Positions 1-12,300 of a stretch of DNA of 64,000 nucleotides are shown piece after piece; positions within the stretch are counted from its first letter, which is position 1; each line of letters opens with the position of its first letter. Position numbers and translations under genes: made by a program. The notes beneath the pieces were generated by a model, which was not told the origin of the DNA, made no database searches, and saw nothing but the letters and a program-made list of their open reading frames with translations. The DNA is from Gekko japonicus (taxonomy: Eukaryota): assembly GCF_001447785.1 (NCBI RefSeq), contig NW_015160936.1, forward strand, positions 72,333-136,332, given 5' to 3'.

Positions 1-649
1 AGAAAATGTAAATAAATATAAACTCTCAATGTAACAGACTAAATAATCAATAAAAAAATTATTGGGGGGGGGAAGGAAATCACATTTCCTAGATATTAAT
101 TAGCAGGGAGGGAGGGAGGGGAGAAAATGTAAATAAATATAAACTCTCAATGTAACAGACTAAATAATCAATAAAAAAATTATTGGGGGGGGAGGAAAAG
201 GAAATCACATTTCCTAGATATTCATTAGTACTGAATCAAACATAACTGTGTGATTTCAGGCCAGGCTGAAAGTCCACTAATGTAATTCACCAAGAAGAAC
301 CAGGAGACTTTCTACCTTTGCAAGGAGTTAGGACCAAACTAGCCAGATCATTTTTGCAGGAGTCAAACTGATGTTCCCCTGACACAACTCACCTTTCCTG
401 AAGCCACAAGGCAGCTGTGAATAACTTACTTCCCCAGTGCCTCAGGGATCAATTCAGCATGGCAACATGGTGTGGAGAAGGGGCTTCAGCCCCCCAAGCC
501 ATTTTTTGATCCGAATTGGGCCCTGCAGTGCTTGCGGAAGCCAGCTTCCTATAGCTGTCATGTGGTGGCAGGGAGGGTGAGTCCGGTCCAGAGAACCTCA
601 ACCTGGCTCATATAAAAACATCCTGCCCAGTTTCCAAGCACGTCAAGAC

Positions 650-855
650 CAATGTTCCCTCTAAGCTGTGGAGTATTGTGAGCAAAAATTCTACTTTGTG
701 AGCTACTGGCATTAAAGTTGTGAGCCAGCGATTTGGCTGCTGCATAAATCAGTTTGCTTTGGAGCCATCCTTCCTGAGCTAAAATAAAAATGTGTGAGCC
801 GGAAGCTAAAAATCTGTGAGCTGGCTCACACCAACTCAGCTTAGAGGGAACTATG
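650..855. mobile_element. hAT-type MITE, family A copy 1 (about 205 bp)
   Basis: TIRs CAATGTTCCCTCTAAGCTG...CAGCTTAGAGGGAAC. Perfect 8-bp TSD GTCAAGAC (642-649 / 856-863). Three similar copies occur in the window. Confidence 0.88.
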
Positions 856-1319
856 GTCAAGACTCCCAAATATTTAACAAACCCAGTTGGGTATGTCTCC
901 AAGATACCTATGCACCTGACTCTTTTCTTTCCAAGTCATATTACAAACATGGCAGTTTCCCCAGTTTGCATTCATCTTGAGCAGCCAAAAGCATTAGCGT
1001 GCAGCCAAATGTTTCAAACAACCATTCGCTTGAACGCAAAACTGTGCAGAGACAAAAGCAATTAGATTTGATTTAGGTCTACATAATAGTGTCATCATCT
1101 AGCCTGCCTTAATCTAGTTCCTCCACCACTCTCCCACCCCCACCCAGGAAATCCGCCATGAACAGCACATGCCCACAAATGATGGATAAAACCCTGCCCA
1201 TGAATTAGAATATGAATGGCTTACTTAAGAGCAGGGAGAAGATTTGGACCAGGATCCAAAGAGAGACCAGAAGGGGAGAAGATAATAGCATGCACAAATG
1301 GAAGGGAGACATCTCAGGC

Positions 1320-1706
1320 GGGATCCAACCAGCTTCTCCAATTTCACTCAATTCTCCTCCACATTACAGCCTTCCTCCTACATGGCTTTTGCACCTGCAG
1401 GTCCCAGGATTCTCAGCATGGCCTTTTTGAGGCTATGCTGCCTCCTTCCTTTCTCATCAGTGCAAAAGCTAACTGGATCCACCTCTGATTTTGCCCCAGC
1501 CTTCACAGCTGTTGGGATCCAACCAGCTTTTCCAATCTCACTCAATTCTCCTCCACATTACACCCTTCCTCCCACATGGCTTTTGCACCTGCAGATCCCA
1601 GGATTCTCAGGATGGCCTTTTTGAGGCTATGCTGCCTCCTTCCTTTCTCATCAGTGCAAAAGCTAACTGGATCCACCTCTGATTTTGCCCCAGCCTTCAC
1701 AGCTGT
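1320..1706. repeat. Tandem duplication, 194-bp unit x2
   Basis: 1320-1513 vs 1514-1706, with 6 mismatches, all in the first ~100 bp. Confidence 0.9.
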
Positions 1707-1851
1707 AACCAGGACAGGGATACTAATACCTTCAACCCCAAGCATATATCTGCTTTCTTTGGATCCTGGGATGTTGTCAAACATTGCCGGACTCGCTCAG
1801 TGACCTCTGCATCAACCGAAATAAACAAACAAAAAAGCAAGGTAAGCATAC

Positions 1852-1920
1852 CAAACTGATCGATGCTTCGTAAATATCCTATCAGCGTTCTGCCGTCTCG
1901 GAGGAGGACCAAATGTTTCT
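1852..1920 (-). CDS. LSM1: LSM1 coding exon 2 (U6 snRNA-associated Sm-like protein LSm1, mRNA decay)
   Basis: Minus strand reads tccctcctag|AG AAA CAT TTG...CAG TTT G|gtatgc. This is 69 nt, phase 1-1, and encodes (K)KHLVLLRDGRTLIGYLRSIDQF, the Sm1 motif of LSm1. Its position head-to-head with BAG4 matches mammalian synteny. Confidence 0.96.
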
Positions 1921-3140
1921 CTAGGAGGGAGAAAAATCCAGATTAGTAGTCAGGTCACCTACAAATCAGCTCAAAGACAACCTGCACCAAGTAGACAGTT
2001 TTTTAGTGGTGGTGGTGATGGGGTTTTCCAAAACGGGTCTCCAGTTCAGAGCTTCCCAAACCAAACACGTCTCCAGCCAAGATATTACAGGCTTGTGTCT
2101 CCTCCTGCTGGTTCAGCTGAACACTGTTTCCCAAAATGACTTGAGGGAAACCTTCAAAAGCTCTCTGTAAATGAAAATTAACTATGCAAAAGATTAAAGG
2201 GGGAGCAGAGTTTCAGCTCAACTTGATTAAGGCATGAAAGAAGAGTTCTATGTGGCAGCTTCCAACCCTCTCTGAGACAGTCAGTGAGATTTAGAAGCAG
2301 GAGGTGTTGGGGGGGGACTCTCCACTGAATGCACAAAATGTTCTATCTTTTTAGGCATCTTGGAGGCACACACTCTAAATGGTACTGGAATGCTGCAAGC
2401 CAATTTGCACCTGATCTTCTATATAACTTTAAATGCCAGACACATAGGACCGCTGAAATCCATATAGTGGACCTACAGGGATATTCACCAGAGGAACAGA
2501 AATGGAAACAGAATCACATATACAGCCATTCTGACTTGTCCCTACAATGGAGGATCTCTCTGCTGAGCACAATTACATGCTCATGGTACAGTAATTGTTG
2601 TCACAGGCTATGTTATTGTAACACATGAAAAAGTATTAAAACCACTAACACCATACACACAAATCAAACATCACTGGTGCACTGCCAATAACTACTGAAG
2701 AATTTAAATCCTGCTTTATTCCCCAAAGGAGCCCAAAGCAACTAACAAAAAGATAAATTACAGTGTAAATACACCAAACAAAAAAGGGGTTAAGACTCTG
2801 TATTCTGTATATTGATAAGTATTCTTATCCAAAGGATGCCGGCTGCAAGTTACAAGGTCTAAGAGCCCCTTTGGCTCTTGCCCTTCAAGTCACAGTTTGA
2901 TAGTACTGCAAGGAAAGGAAGCCAGACTTAGTTCAGCTGGAACTCAGCTGCTGCTGGCTTACTAGCCAGCAAGAGCTTCGTCAGTATTCACCTGTAAGGT
3001 ACAACATCCATAGCCAGATCCATAGCCGCTACTGGTGGGAGCTAGATGCACAAGGTTTAGTTAACGTTATCTGACCCTTCATCCAAGGAGCTCAGGGTGA
3101 TGATCTCTACCCTCATCATGTATCCTAACAGATCTGCAAG

Positions 3141-3307
3141 CAGGCCTGGACAAACACAGTCCTGATCTAGGAGCTACTGGCTAAAACTTTGGAGCCCGCT
3201 CCTTACTATCTGCCTATAGCTCTTCTCCCTACACCATGGCCACTGCCACTAGTGAACCAACATTTAGTCACCCAGGCAAATAAGCATTGAAAAGCTGTCC
3301 AGGCCTG
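3141..3307. mobile_element. Small hAT-type MITE
   Basis: TIR CAGGCCTGGACA...TGTCCAGGCCTG. 8-bp TSD TCTGCAAG/CCTGCAAG. Confidence 0.7.
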
Positions 3308-4753
3308 CCTGCAAGATTAGTTAGTGTAAAGCAAATGTGAGTAGCTCAAGGTAAAGATCATGACAGAGTAAGGACCTGAAATCAAATGTTCCCAATTTGA
3401 TGTTCCAACCACTGTAGCACACCAGCTACTTTTATTATCCAAATCCTTCTGTCCCAACCACAAAACTCTGACTTCTCTATTCCTAGTCAAGCCTGGCATT
3501 AGAACGGTCATATATGGTAGGCTGGGGAGATCAAACAGAATTTTATCTAATGATACCTCTGTTAAAATGAAATTTTAATTTGGGTCTAAGCGACAAGAAA
3601 CACTACAGAGAAGAAAGGGACTGTGGGGTGGGGAGCATTTTACACATGTTCAGAGGTACTGTTATTACACATTGCAAGTTCCAGGGCTGAATACTGGCAT
3701 TAAAAGCTAGCACCAAAGGCACTGATTTCTCACAATGTTCAAATTGACATTTACCCATCTCTACTACCACCCCTGCCCATGTTATACATCTGATGAAACA
3801 GACCCACCCATACTCCCAGCTCTATTTATGGAGGAGAGATCCTATTTGGTGACATATGACAATGGAAAAACCACTGTCCGCAATTTTGCGTTGCAAGATG
3901 GTTTGGGGAAGGGGTGCCTCTTCCCAAAATTTAGGTTGCATTAGCCTTCTGAACACCGTATGAATAAATGGACAACTAATAGAAAACTTATGATCAATTT
4001 TCTAGCACAACTCATGGTACCCGAAAAGCTACATAATTTATTGTGGTATTATGCACAATCAATTCATTAGTCTTTATGCTGCCACAAGACTAATTTATCA
4101 CAGTATGAATCAACAGCTATAGCAAAGGTTACCTACTTTTCAACTGGCCCCTTTTGCTGTGCCTGGTAGAGTGACTTGGCTTGCAATATTAAAATGTTTA
4201 TCCACTTGTCATGAAAAGCATCACCCACCATCACATATCAAATTGCAAAGAACTGCCAACCCTACTCCAACAGACCCTATCCCAAAATTAACCCTATGGT
4301 ATAGGCATTCAAATACACCTGAGGCAATACAGTATTAGGATTACAGTGTTGTAGCAAGGAGACCTGGGTTCAAATCACCACTTGGCCATAAAGCTTACTA
4401 GACGATCTTGGGCTCAACCCCATTTTCAGCCTTAACCTATCACACAAGGCTGTAGACGAAGGGTAACTGCAAATTTCAGATGAAAGAATTAATAGCAGAA
4501 GTGTGAAAGCAAGCTTCAGCGTGGCAAACCAGTTCATCCATAAAAGCTCTTCCCCTTCTTTTGAAAAGGGAAACTGTCACCCTCCACCAGTACTAGGAAG
4601 CAAACCAATTTACTGTTGTGCCCACAGCAATCTAACTCCTTAGTACACTGCTAGCAATGCTGCTTAACGGCTTTGTGGGAACTAAACAAAGGCTCATTAA
4701 AACACCACATGTGAGAGAAAACAAGCAGCTCGTTTTTCTAATTCCCCCCCCCC

Positions 4754-5057
4754 NNNNNNNNNNNNNNNNNNNNNNNNNNNNNNNNNNNNNNNNNNNNNNN
4801 NNNNNNNNNNNNNNNNNNNNNNNNNNNNNNNNNNNNNNNNNNNNNNNNNNNNNNNNNNNNNNNNNNNNNNNNNNNNNNNNNNNNNNNNNNNNNNNNNNNN
4901 NNNNNNNNNNNNNNNNNNNNNNNNNNNNNNNNNNNNNNNNNNNNNNNNNNNNNNNNNNNNNNNNNNNNNNNNNNNNNNNNNNNNNNNNNNNNNNNNNNNN
5001 NNNNNNNNNNNNNNNNNNNNNNNNNNNNNNNNNNNNNNNNNNNNNNNNNNNNNNNNN
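4754..5057. other. Assembly gap that probably hides the LSM1 first coding exon (MNYMPGTASLIEDID)
   Basis: N-run lying between LSM1 exon 2 and a CpG-rich segment. The LSM1 N-terminal coding sequence is not found elsewhere in the window. Confidence 0.7.
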
Positions 5058-5560
5058 GAAATCAAAGCTGATTTTCATCTGCTGCGGAGAGAGGAGCGCG
5101 CCCCGGGCACGGCGGTGGTGGCTTGGCTCAAGCTGGAGGAAACGCGCTGCGCACCGCTGCGCGCCGCATCCCGTGCGCGGCTGAAGCGTCCCAGAGTTCT
5201 TCTGAGCGCATGCTTACTTAAGAGTCAGCCCCACGGAGTTCGGAGACACTAACAAGCCGAGCCCGGACGGGTTAACTTTTGGAAGTTACCCCACCCCCCG
5301 AGTTTGGTGCGTGTCTTTTGCTCACAAGTAAATATGCGTTTGCATCCACACAGCGTAGGCTCTCGAGCTGTCGTTGCGATGGGACATCGCTGGATTTCCC
5401 TTCTTAGACATGCATCTGCGAATCGGTCCGGTGATGCAATATTATCGAAGGATGTGCGGGAGTAGCCATAATTGAGAGGGGAGGCAAGTTCCATTGGGTT
5501 AGAAATGGAACCGACACTATCGTGACTGGGCCCCAAGCGTAGTTTATGGGGGTCTGGAGC
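5058..5560 (-). promoter_or_regulatory. CpG island, probable LSM1 promoter / 5' UTR
   Basis: High CpG density. NRF1-like GCGCATGC at about 5206. Directly upstream of LSM1 on the minus strand. Confidence 0.7.
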
Positions 5561-6439
5561 AAACTTGTAAAACACACCTGTGAACCCATCTCAAGCCTGG
5601 ACTCGTGGGTGCTGGTAAAGTGCAGCACAGCCACATGTACAGTGCCATCTTAAGCAGGTCTACAAAGAATTCTACTTGGGTCTCTTCAGTGAAGCTTGCT
5701 GCTAGGAAAAATGTTCTTAGGATTGCACTGCTAGACTATTGTATACAGTTCTGGTTAACACACACCCCCAGTGCAATCCTGTGCAAAGTTACTTCAGCGT
5801 CCTGTTACTCCAGGATTGCAGTGTTAGACTCTAACAATGATATAGCACTGGAAAAGTCTCAGAAAAGTTAACCCTAGCAATAAGAGGATTGGAGCACATT
5901 CTGTACCAGGAAATTTTAAATTAACTGGGACTTCAGAAAAGGATGGCAAGAGAATCCATTACTCAGCAACTAGAGAAACAGATTGGAAGTAGATCTGGAA
6001 AGGTGGACTGTGCAGATGGTCTCTGGCCTCACAAGCAGGAAAGAAGTTCTCTGCCTGGACTGTACCACTTCAGACTGGGGGGGCGGGGTGAGGGTATCTC
6101 CAGATTTAAAAAATATTTCCAGGAGGACCTGTAACAGGTTAGCAAGAGGTTTTGGGAGAAGATTTTACTTAACAGTGTCCCTCCACTCCCACAACTACCA
6201 TCAGGAGGGAGAGCGACCAGGAAGTCTGCAGAGCCACCTGTGAGCAGTTTGACTTGAGTGCTAAAAGAAGTAAAAAAATACATGGGGATGTAGAAAGAAC
6301 AGAAATACTTATTTTATTTACTTACTTTATAGTTGCAGCAGCTGGTCAGAAGAATACCTGAAAAGAGAAAGAGACCTGAATACTGTGGGTTGGAATAAAA
6401 GTACATCCTTAAATCGTTTATTCCATGCTTTTTATCTCA

Positions 6440-6600
6440 CACTTTATCTCAGGCCAATATACATCATTCTCCCTTCCCCATTTATTCTCCCAAAAACCTA
6501 TGAGGTAGGTTGAGGGGTGTGACTGGCCCAAGGTCACCCAGCGAGCATCCATAGTGTAGGAACAATTGAAACTGGGGTCTTCCAAGTCCTAGCCCAACCG
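6440..6600 (-). mobile_element. tRNA-derived CORE/MIR-like SINE (old copy)
   Basis: GAGGTAGGTT...GACTGGCCCAAGGTCACCCAGC core, similar to 42750-42950. Confidence 0.55.
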
Positions 6601-6771
6601 TACTGGCTGTCCTCTGATCTCCATTTCCAACATATCACATCAGCCATCCAAGAAAGCCATCTCCAAAAGCAAAAACTCTGCTAATCCCTCAATAAGACAC
6701 AGCTCTGCCAGTTGTTTTGAACAGCAATGTTATTTGAATTGAATATTATTATGGTTTTGAATTGTAACCCA

Positions 6772-7068
6772 AATTCACTGCCAGAGGATGTAGTGATGGC
6801 CACAGGCATAAACAGTTTTAAAAGGGGATTAGATAGATTTACGGAGGATAAATCTATCAATGGCTACTAGCCATGGTAACTGAGGGGAACCTCCACATTC
6901 AGAGGCACTAATCCCCTGCATCCCAGAGCCAGGAGGCCCATCAGGGGAAGGCCTCAGCCTCTATGCTGTTGGTGGTGGTCCAGAGAAACTGGTTGGCCAC
7001 TGTGTGAGGCAGGATGCTAGACCAAGTGGGCTATTTATTGGTCTGATCCAGCAGGGCTCTTCTTATAT
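6772..7068 (+). mobile_element. CR1 LINE 3' fragment
   Basis: Encodes an NSLPEDVVMA...FKRGLDRF-like RT tail, followed by a CR1-type 3' UTR ending GGTCTGATCCAGCAGGGCTCTTCTTAT. Confidence 0.75.
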
Positions 7069-7859
7069 TTGGAAGTTCATCTGGTTGGAAATTGGGCTAG
7101 AAATGTAAGTAATTGAATGAAACAAGCATATTGGGAGAATGATTCTAGTCTCTGCCTCTCCCCTGTATGCTCATTCTGTGTGAAAACCTTTTTTCCTTTA
7201 TGGAGGTGTATTCCACCATGAAAGCCCTACACAGGAAGTCTGAAATGAGGCAGACCACCTCATGGGCTGTTTGTGAGACCTATAGCAACTCCCAGTTCAG
7301 TTGATACAAGACAGATTTATGTCCTTGCAAAGGAAAAATCTGTTTTTTTAGGAGTGCATGCTATATTTGCAGGTGTCTCCTTATATATAAAACAAACTCA
7401 GGCTTGCTTTAAGCATGCATGAAAGTGAGGTGGGGACCTCAGCTAGAGGAATGGATTGTGCCATTTCAGGCTGGCTCTTGCAAGAGGAGAGGATTGCATT
7501 TTGGAATGGTTGGGTCAAAAGGAAAATCAGGAACCATTCGGTGTTAGTTTTCTATTTGTGTGGGTTTTAAAAAAATTGTCATGTTACCTTGATCATTAGA
7601 TGACTCAATTCTATTGATTGCATGATTTATACTGTGTAATCTGCCTTGAGTCTCAGTGAGAAAAAAATTCTCCCGCTTGTGTGCCTACCTAGAAAAACCT
7701 CTATAACCCACCCACCCCTTATGGATATTTAACTAGGCCAAAGGGATGTAAAGTTCTGTGGATCTGAAGAAGTTAGCTCTGAAATAAATTGGGATAGTCT
7801 TTAAGGTTCTACGGGACTCCTGTGTAATTTTGCTTCGCGTCTATCCTGGAATTATAACC

Positions 7860-8500
7860 CAACTCATTTCGCTCCAGCGATTCAAGGGTTACCAGTTGAC
7901 AGAGAAGGTGTGTTTTGATTGGGTTCTTCGCATGACTGGCGGGCGTTACCGATGAACGTCAAAAACAACGGGGGACGTCGGCAAGAAGCGGCGCATTTCT
8001 CGGACTCCTTACATCCGGGTTATTATAGGTAGTTGCCCATTGGTTTGGAAAACCGATGATAGAAATGAGGGTAAGGGGGAATGCCTACAGTACCAATTGG
8101 ATATAGCGGAACATTGTTCGCGCATGCGTGTTGTGCTCCTAGGGGGAGGCGGTAGCGAGGAGAGAGTCCGAGGAGCCGCTAATGGCGGCCGCGTTGAGGA
8201 GATTGTTACATGGTACGGAAGTGGAACGAGTCCGGCCGGAGCCGGAACCTCCTCCGCCACCATGGGGCATGGAGACCCGCAGGTGCCCTGTGCATGGCTG
8301 CGGGGGTAGTAGGGGGGAGAGAGTCACTCGTGGCGACAGTGGCGGTTTCCAGGTAACGGTCAAATCTTCGCTGTCCATTATCAGCTGTGTGTGACGTAAG
8401 CGGGCCCCCCTCCCGCGGCTGCGAAGTGCTGCCACGTGCTGCTGTCCTGTTACGTCACTCCGTGTGCGGCGTTGCAGCCTTTTAGGGGCGGGGGACTCCC
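7860..8500 (+). promoter_or_regulatory. CpG island, BAG4 promoter and exon 1 region
   Basis: CpG-rich. NRF1 motif CGCGCATGCG at about 8119, a YY1-like AATGGCGGCC over the ATG, CRE-like TGACGTAA (about 8392) and TTACGTCA (about 8450), and E-box CACGTG at about 8433. Confidence 0.75.
8182..8352 (+). CDS. BAG4: BAG4 (SODD) coding exon 1
   Basis: The ATG begins MAAALRR...RPEPEPPPPPW...GGFQ, which resembles mammalian MSALRR..RPEPPQPPISW..GGSHQ. Phase-0 donor CAG|gtaacg at 8352/8353 matches the phase of exon 2. Confidence 0.8.
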
Positions 8501-9141
8501 CTACATTTTAAAATTATCACTAGTGCACGTCTGGATATGCTTTTATTTCAGTTTTTAAAGTGTGCGTTTTGCTTAAAACCCCCAAATCCCACCTCTTTCC
8601 TGTGTTCACTGAGGGAAAAGGGGAGAGGGGGCGTAAATACCTGATTGAAGTTAAGGAAAAATTGTAAGACCTGTATGACACATCTTGTTTTTGCTTTCTG
8701 TACATCTGTTCCTTTTCTCCTTTTCTCCTTTTCTGTCTTCCTCCTCTAACATGAGAAGTAAAAATAAGTGGTGCAATAAGGAGCTCTGACTCATGAAAGC
8801 TTATACTGGAGTATGTTTCGTAAATCTTTTAAGTGCTGTTTTATTTTGCTGCAATGGACTAACAGGGCCGCCTCTCTAGAATTACTAATCTGGGAAGTGT
8901 CAAAAGGATGATCCACAATTTTAACAGCTGACGTTGCCCTTTGTAAGGGAGAGGTTGTGCTGTGGCACAGAGAGTTGAGGAAGGTGTTACATTGAAAATA
9001 ATTATCATAGAGGGGCATGGTGTTGTGTGTATAAAATGGCCGTTTAGTTCTACGGTGCTCCTCTCCCCTGTTCCCTATCATATTTAAACCATGACTCAAG
9101 AGAATTTTTTTGGGGAAAGGAAGACACCATTGAATGGCAAC

Positions 9142-9345
9142 CAATGCTCCCTCTAAGCTGTGGAGTCTTGTGAGCAAAAATTCTACTTTGTGAGCTACTG
9201 GCATTAAAGTTGTGAGCGAGCGATTTGGCTACTGCATAAATTAGTTTGCTCTGGAGCCATCCTTTCTGAGCTAAGACAAAAATGTGAGCCAGAGGCTAAA
9301 AACCTGTGAGCTAGCTCACAATAACTCAGTTTAGAGGGAACACTG
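9142..9345. mobile_element. hAT-type MITE, family A copy 2
   Basis: Same TIRs and body as 650-855. TSD ATGGCAAC/ATGCCAAC. Confidence 0.88.
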
Positions 9346-12300
9346 ATGCCAACCAACAGGAGAGAGTAATTGCATAGTAAACTCTTATTTTGCTAAAAAC
9401 AAAGCTGAAAGACAAGCAGGGGATGGGAGCCACAGCAGCAGGAATATGGTGTTGGAAAACATGCAGGACCAATAGCAGAGCGTCTCCTTTTCAAAAATGA
9501 GATGGAAAGCCGATTATTGCTTAAACTTGGATCACTGTTTGAACCCATCCAAAAGCAATTGAATCAAATAAGATCCTCTATTTCTGAAATGCAAAAAATA
9601 GCAGAATGTGCCATGACACTGGCAGAAACGCTTCAAAACGAAAATCTTCCAAATAGAAAATTAACAAATGCAGATTAAACTACTTACCACTATAAACTGA
9701 AATACGACAGAACAATATAAAATTTCATGAGTTCCCAGAGCAAAGGAGTGGCAGATTTGCGAGCTTTTATGGCAAATTGTTTGGCAACAACACTGAACCT
9801 GAAAGACAATGTTGTTCCGATAATAATCAAAGCCTGTTGTCTAGGATTGCTGTGAACATAAACATAAAGGGGCCCCGAGACAGCGACTAGGCTAAGAAGT
9901 GCCTTTACCTATAAAGATCTTAAAATCAAAACATTCCCAGATCTACCTCCAGAGGCTATCCATAGAAGACAAGAAATGAAGCCAATAATAAATCAGCTGC
10001 AATCAGTAAAGCAAAACTGCAGATGGAATGGCCTGGCGACTCTTCAAGTTATCCAGAATGGAATCAGAATACCAAGTGACAGATCTTGAGTCAGGATTAC
10101 AAATGTTCAAGAGTCTGGGACTAAATGAACCACCTGAGACTGGCAAAAAAGTACCTAAAAGAAAGTTAGTCGACAACTCTACTCCACATAAGAGCAGCAA
10201 AATTCCTGTTCCTTCCCCATCACATAATGTTAGTAAATAATTCTTTAGGTTAGACTTTCTGAGTCGCTTAGGACAATCTATCTTCCCTCATAGTTCATAT
10301 GTTAAACTACTGATTAATAGAATTGATATAAGCATGAAAACTGGGGAGAGGGGAGAAAAACCTTAGTTTTACTTAGTTGTATTAAGACACTACCTTTATA
10401 TCAAGCCTGGGAACTGGGTGGTAGAAATGTGTGTTTCTACTTTCCTGTGAAATATTAACAGGAGCCAAAAGGGCTTTGTTTATTTTTTTATATAAACTAA
10501 AGTGTTTTACAGTGTTGGTTTGTTATTAAAAATAACTATAAAATATTTAAGGCTAGACATAGGTAGAAATGATGTTTATTCTGTTTAGATACAAGGGTAA
10601 AGAATGAGATTTATTGTTATTGTTACTATATTAATATATTAGGATGCTTATGAAGTTTAACAATATGTACTAAATTGTTCACTGGATATTAGTCTTTGGA
10701 TATTTCTTTCTATTTTCTTTCTTATAACTATAATTTTGCTTAGAAGTGCAATACAGGAGTTACTGAATTTATTTACATAAAAATCATTCATTATCTTTTT
10801 TTATTATGTCTCAGAATCTTAAAATAATTTCAGTACTGGAGGTCTTAACAGTTTGGTGAAATGGAAAAGGGTATACTCAAACATAATCAGATTGCATCCT
10901 GATGTTCTCCCTATTACAGGAGAAACATCTCAGATCCTCAACCAAACTGATTTTCAAAACTAATTGGTCTCAATATCAGATTTTAGCTCACGGGAACTCT
11001 AAATCTAGAGGTGTGGTGATTTTAATGTCAAAAAAATATTCACCTCTCCTCTAGCAGTTTTAAAAGATTCACAAGGCAGATTTATTTTTGTTAAAGGACT
11101 AGTAGAGAATCAAACAGTGACCATAGGGTCAATATATGCACCCAATACGGGCCAGATAAACTTTATAAATGACACACTATTTAAATTGGAAAACTTTAAG
11201 GATGAAGGAGTCATCTTCGGAGGTTTAATATTTGGCAGATCAGAACCTGAACAGGACATTCCCTAATAAAAACACACAAAAGAGAAGGAATCCTACTGAA
11301 CTATCAAAATTATTCTCTGAATTTCATTTGATAGATGCTTGGAGACAATATAATCTGACAGAGAGAGATTATACTTTCTATTCCACAAGACATCAGATCG
11401 CAGTCACGTAATTATATATATTAATTTCCTCGGGAATTCTACAAAAAAGTATATAATCTCAAATAGGCTATAAATTATGGTCAGACCGCTCGTGGGCTGA
11501 GTGTATAATGCTAAAAGAAGAACGGACAAAATTAAGACAACATTGGATTTTACATGGAGCTTTACTAAAAACTGAAGAAATTAAATCAGATTTGGAAATC
11601 CAAATTAAAAATTATATCCAAGAAAATACAAATAACACAGCGGCTCCCACGATAATCTGGGATGCTTTGAAACCCATCTTGCGAGGTATATTGATTTCCA
11701 AAACTTCTTTCTGGAACCAACCAACCAAGCAGACAAGACAGGCACAAACAAAATTGTTCTAAAAACATTTAAAAATTACTTGCTGAAAGACATAAACTAG
11801 AACTACTCAATATGCCTCATATACAAAAGGACCTAATCTATTTACGAAAGAAATTTTGGTATAACTCCCCAAATGTGATGAAATTTTTGGCAAAACGTGT
11901 TAACTCTAAACATATAGATAGAATGATACATCTAATAAAAGACAAATCTGGTAAATTACACTCCAAAAATAATACAATAACTCAAATATTTATGGAATGC
12001 TCTAAAATTATATTCCTTAAATAAAATACCACAAAATAACATTAAGGCATATGTTCAAAAACATCCACCTCCCAAACTGAAAGCTAAACACACAATTTTT
12101 TTAGAGAAACCCTTCACCAAATAAGAAATATTAGAATCAATTAAAGCTTTAAAAATAAATCCCCAGGACCAGATGCTTTGCTACAGATTTCTATAAAACA
12201 TTTGCTCCTATTTTACTAGAACCTTTAGTGAATACGTGCAACCATATACTAGAAACAAGCACATTACCCTATCTTGGTCACAAACTACAGTTGTAGTGAT

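Noticed and set aside
4632-5184. Long ORFs spanning X runs (also at 33933-34348)
   Set aside because: Artefacts of translating across N gaps.
8009-8263. Minus-strand ORF as the LSM1 first exon
   Set aside because: No similarity to the LSm1 N-terminus. It is antisense to the better-supported BAG4 exon 1.
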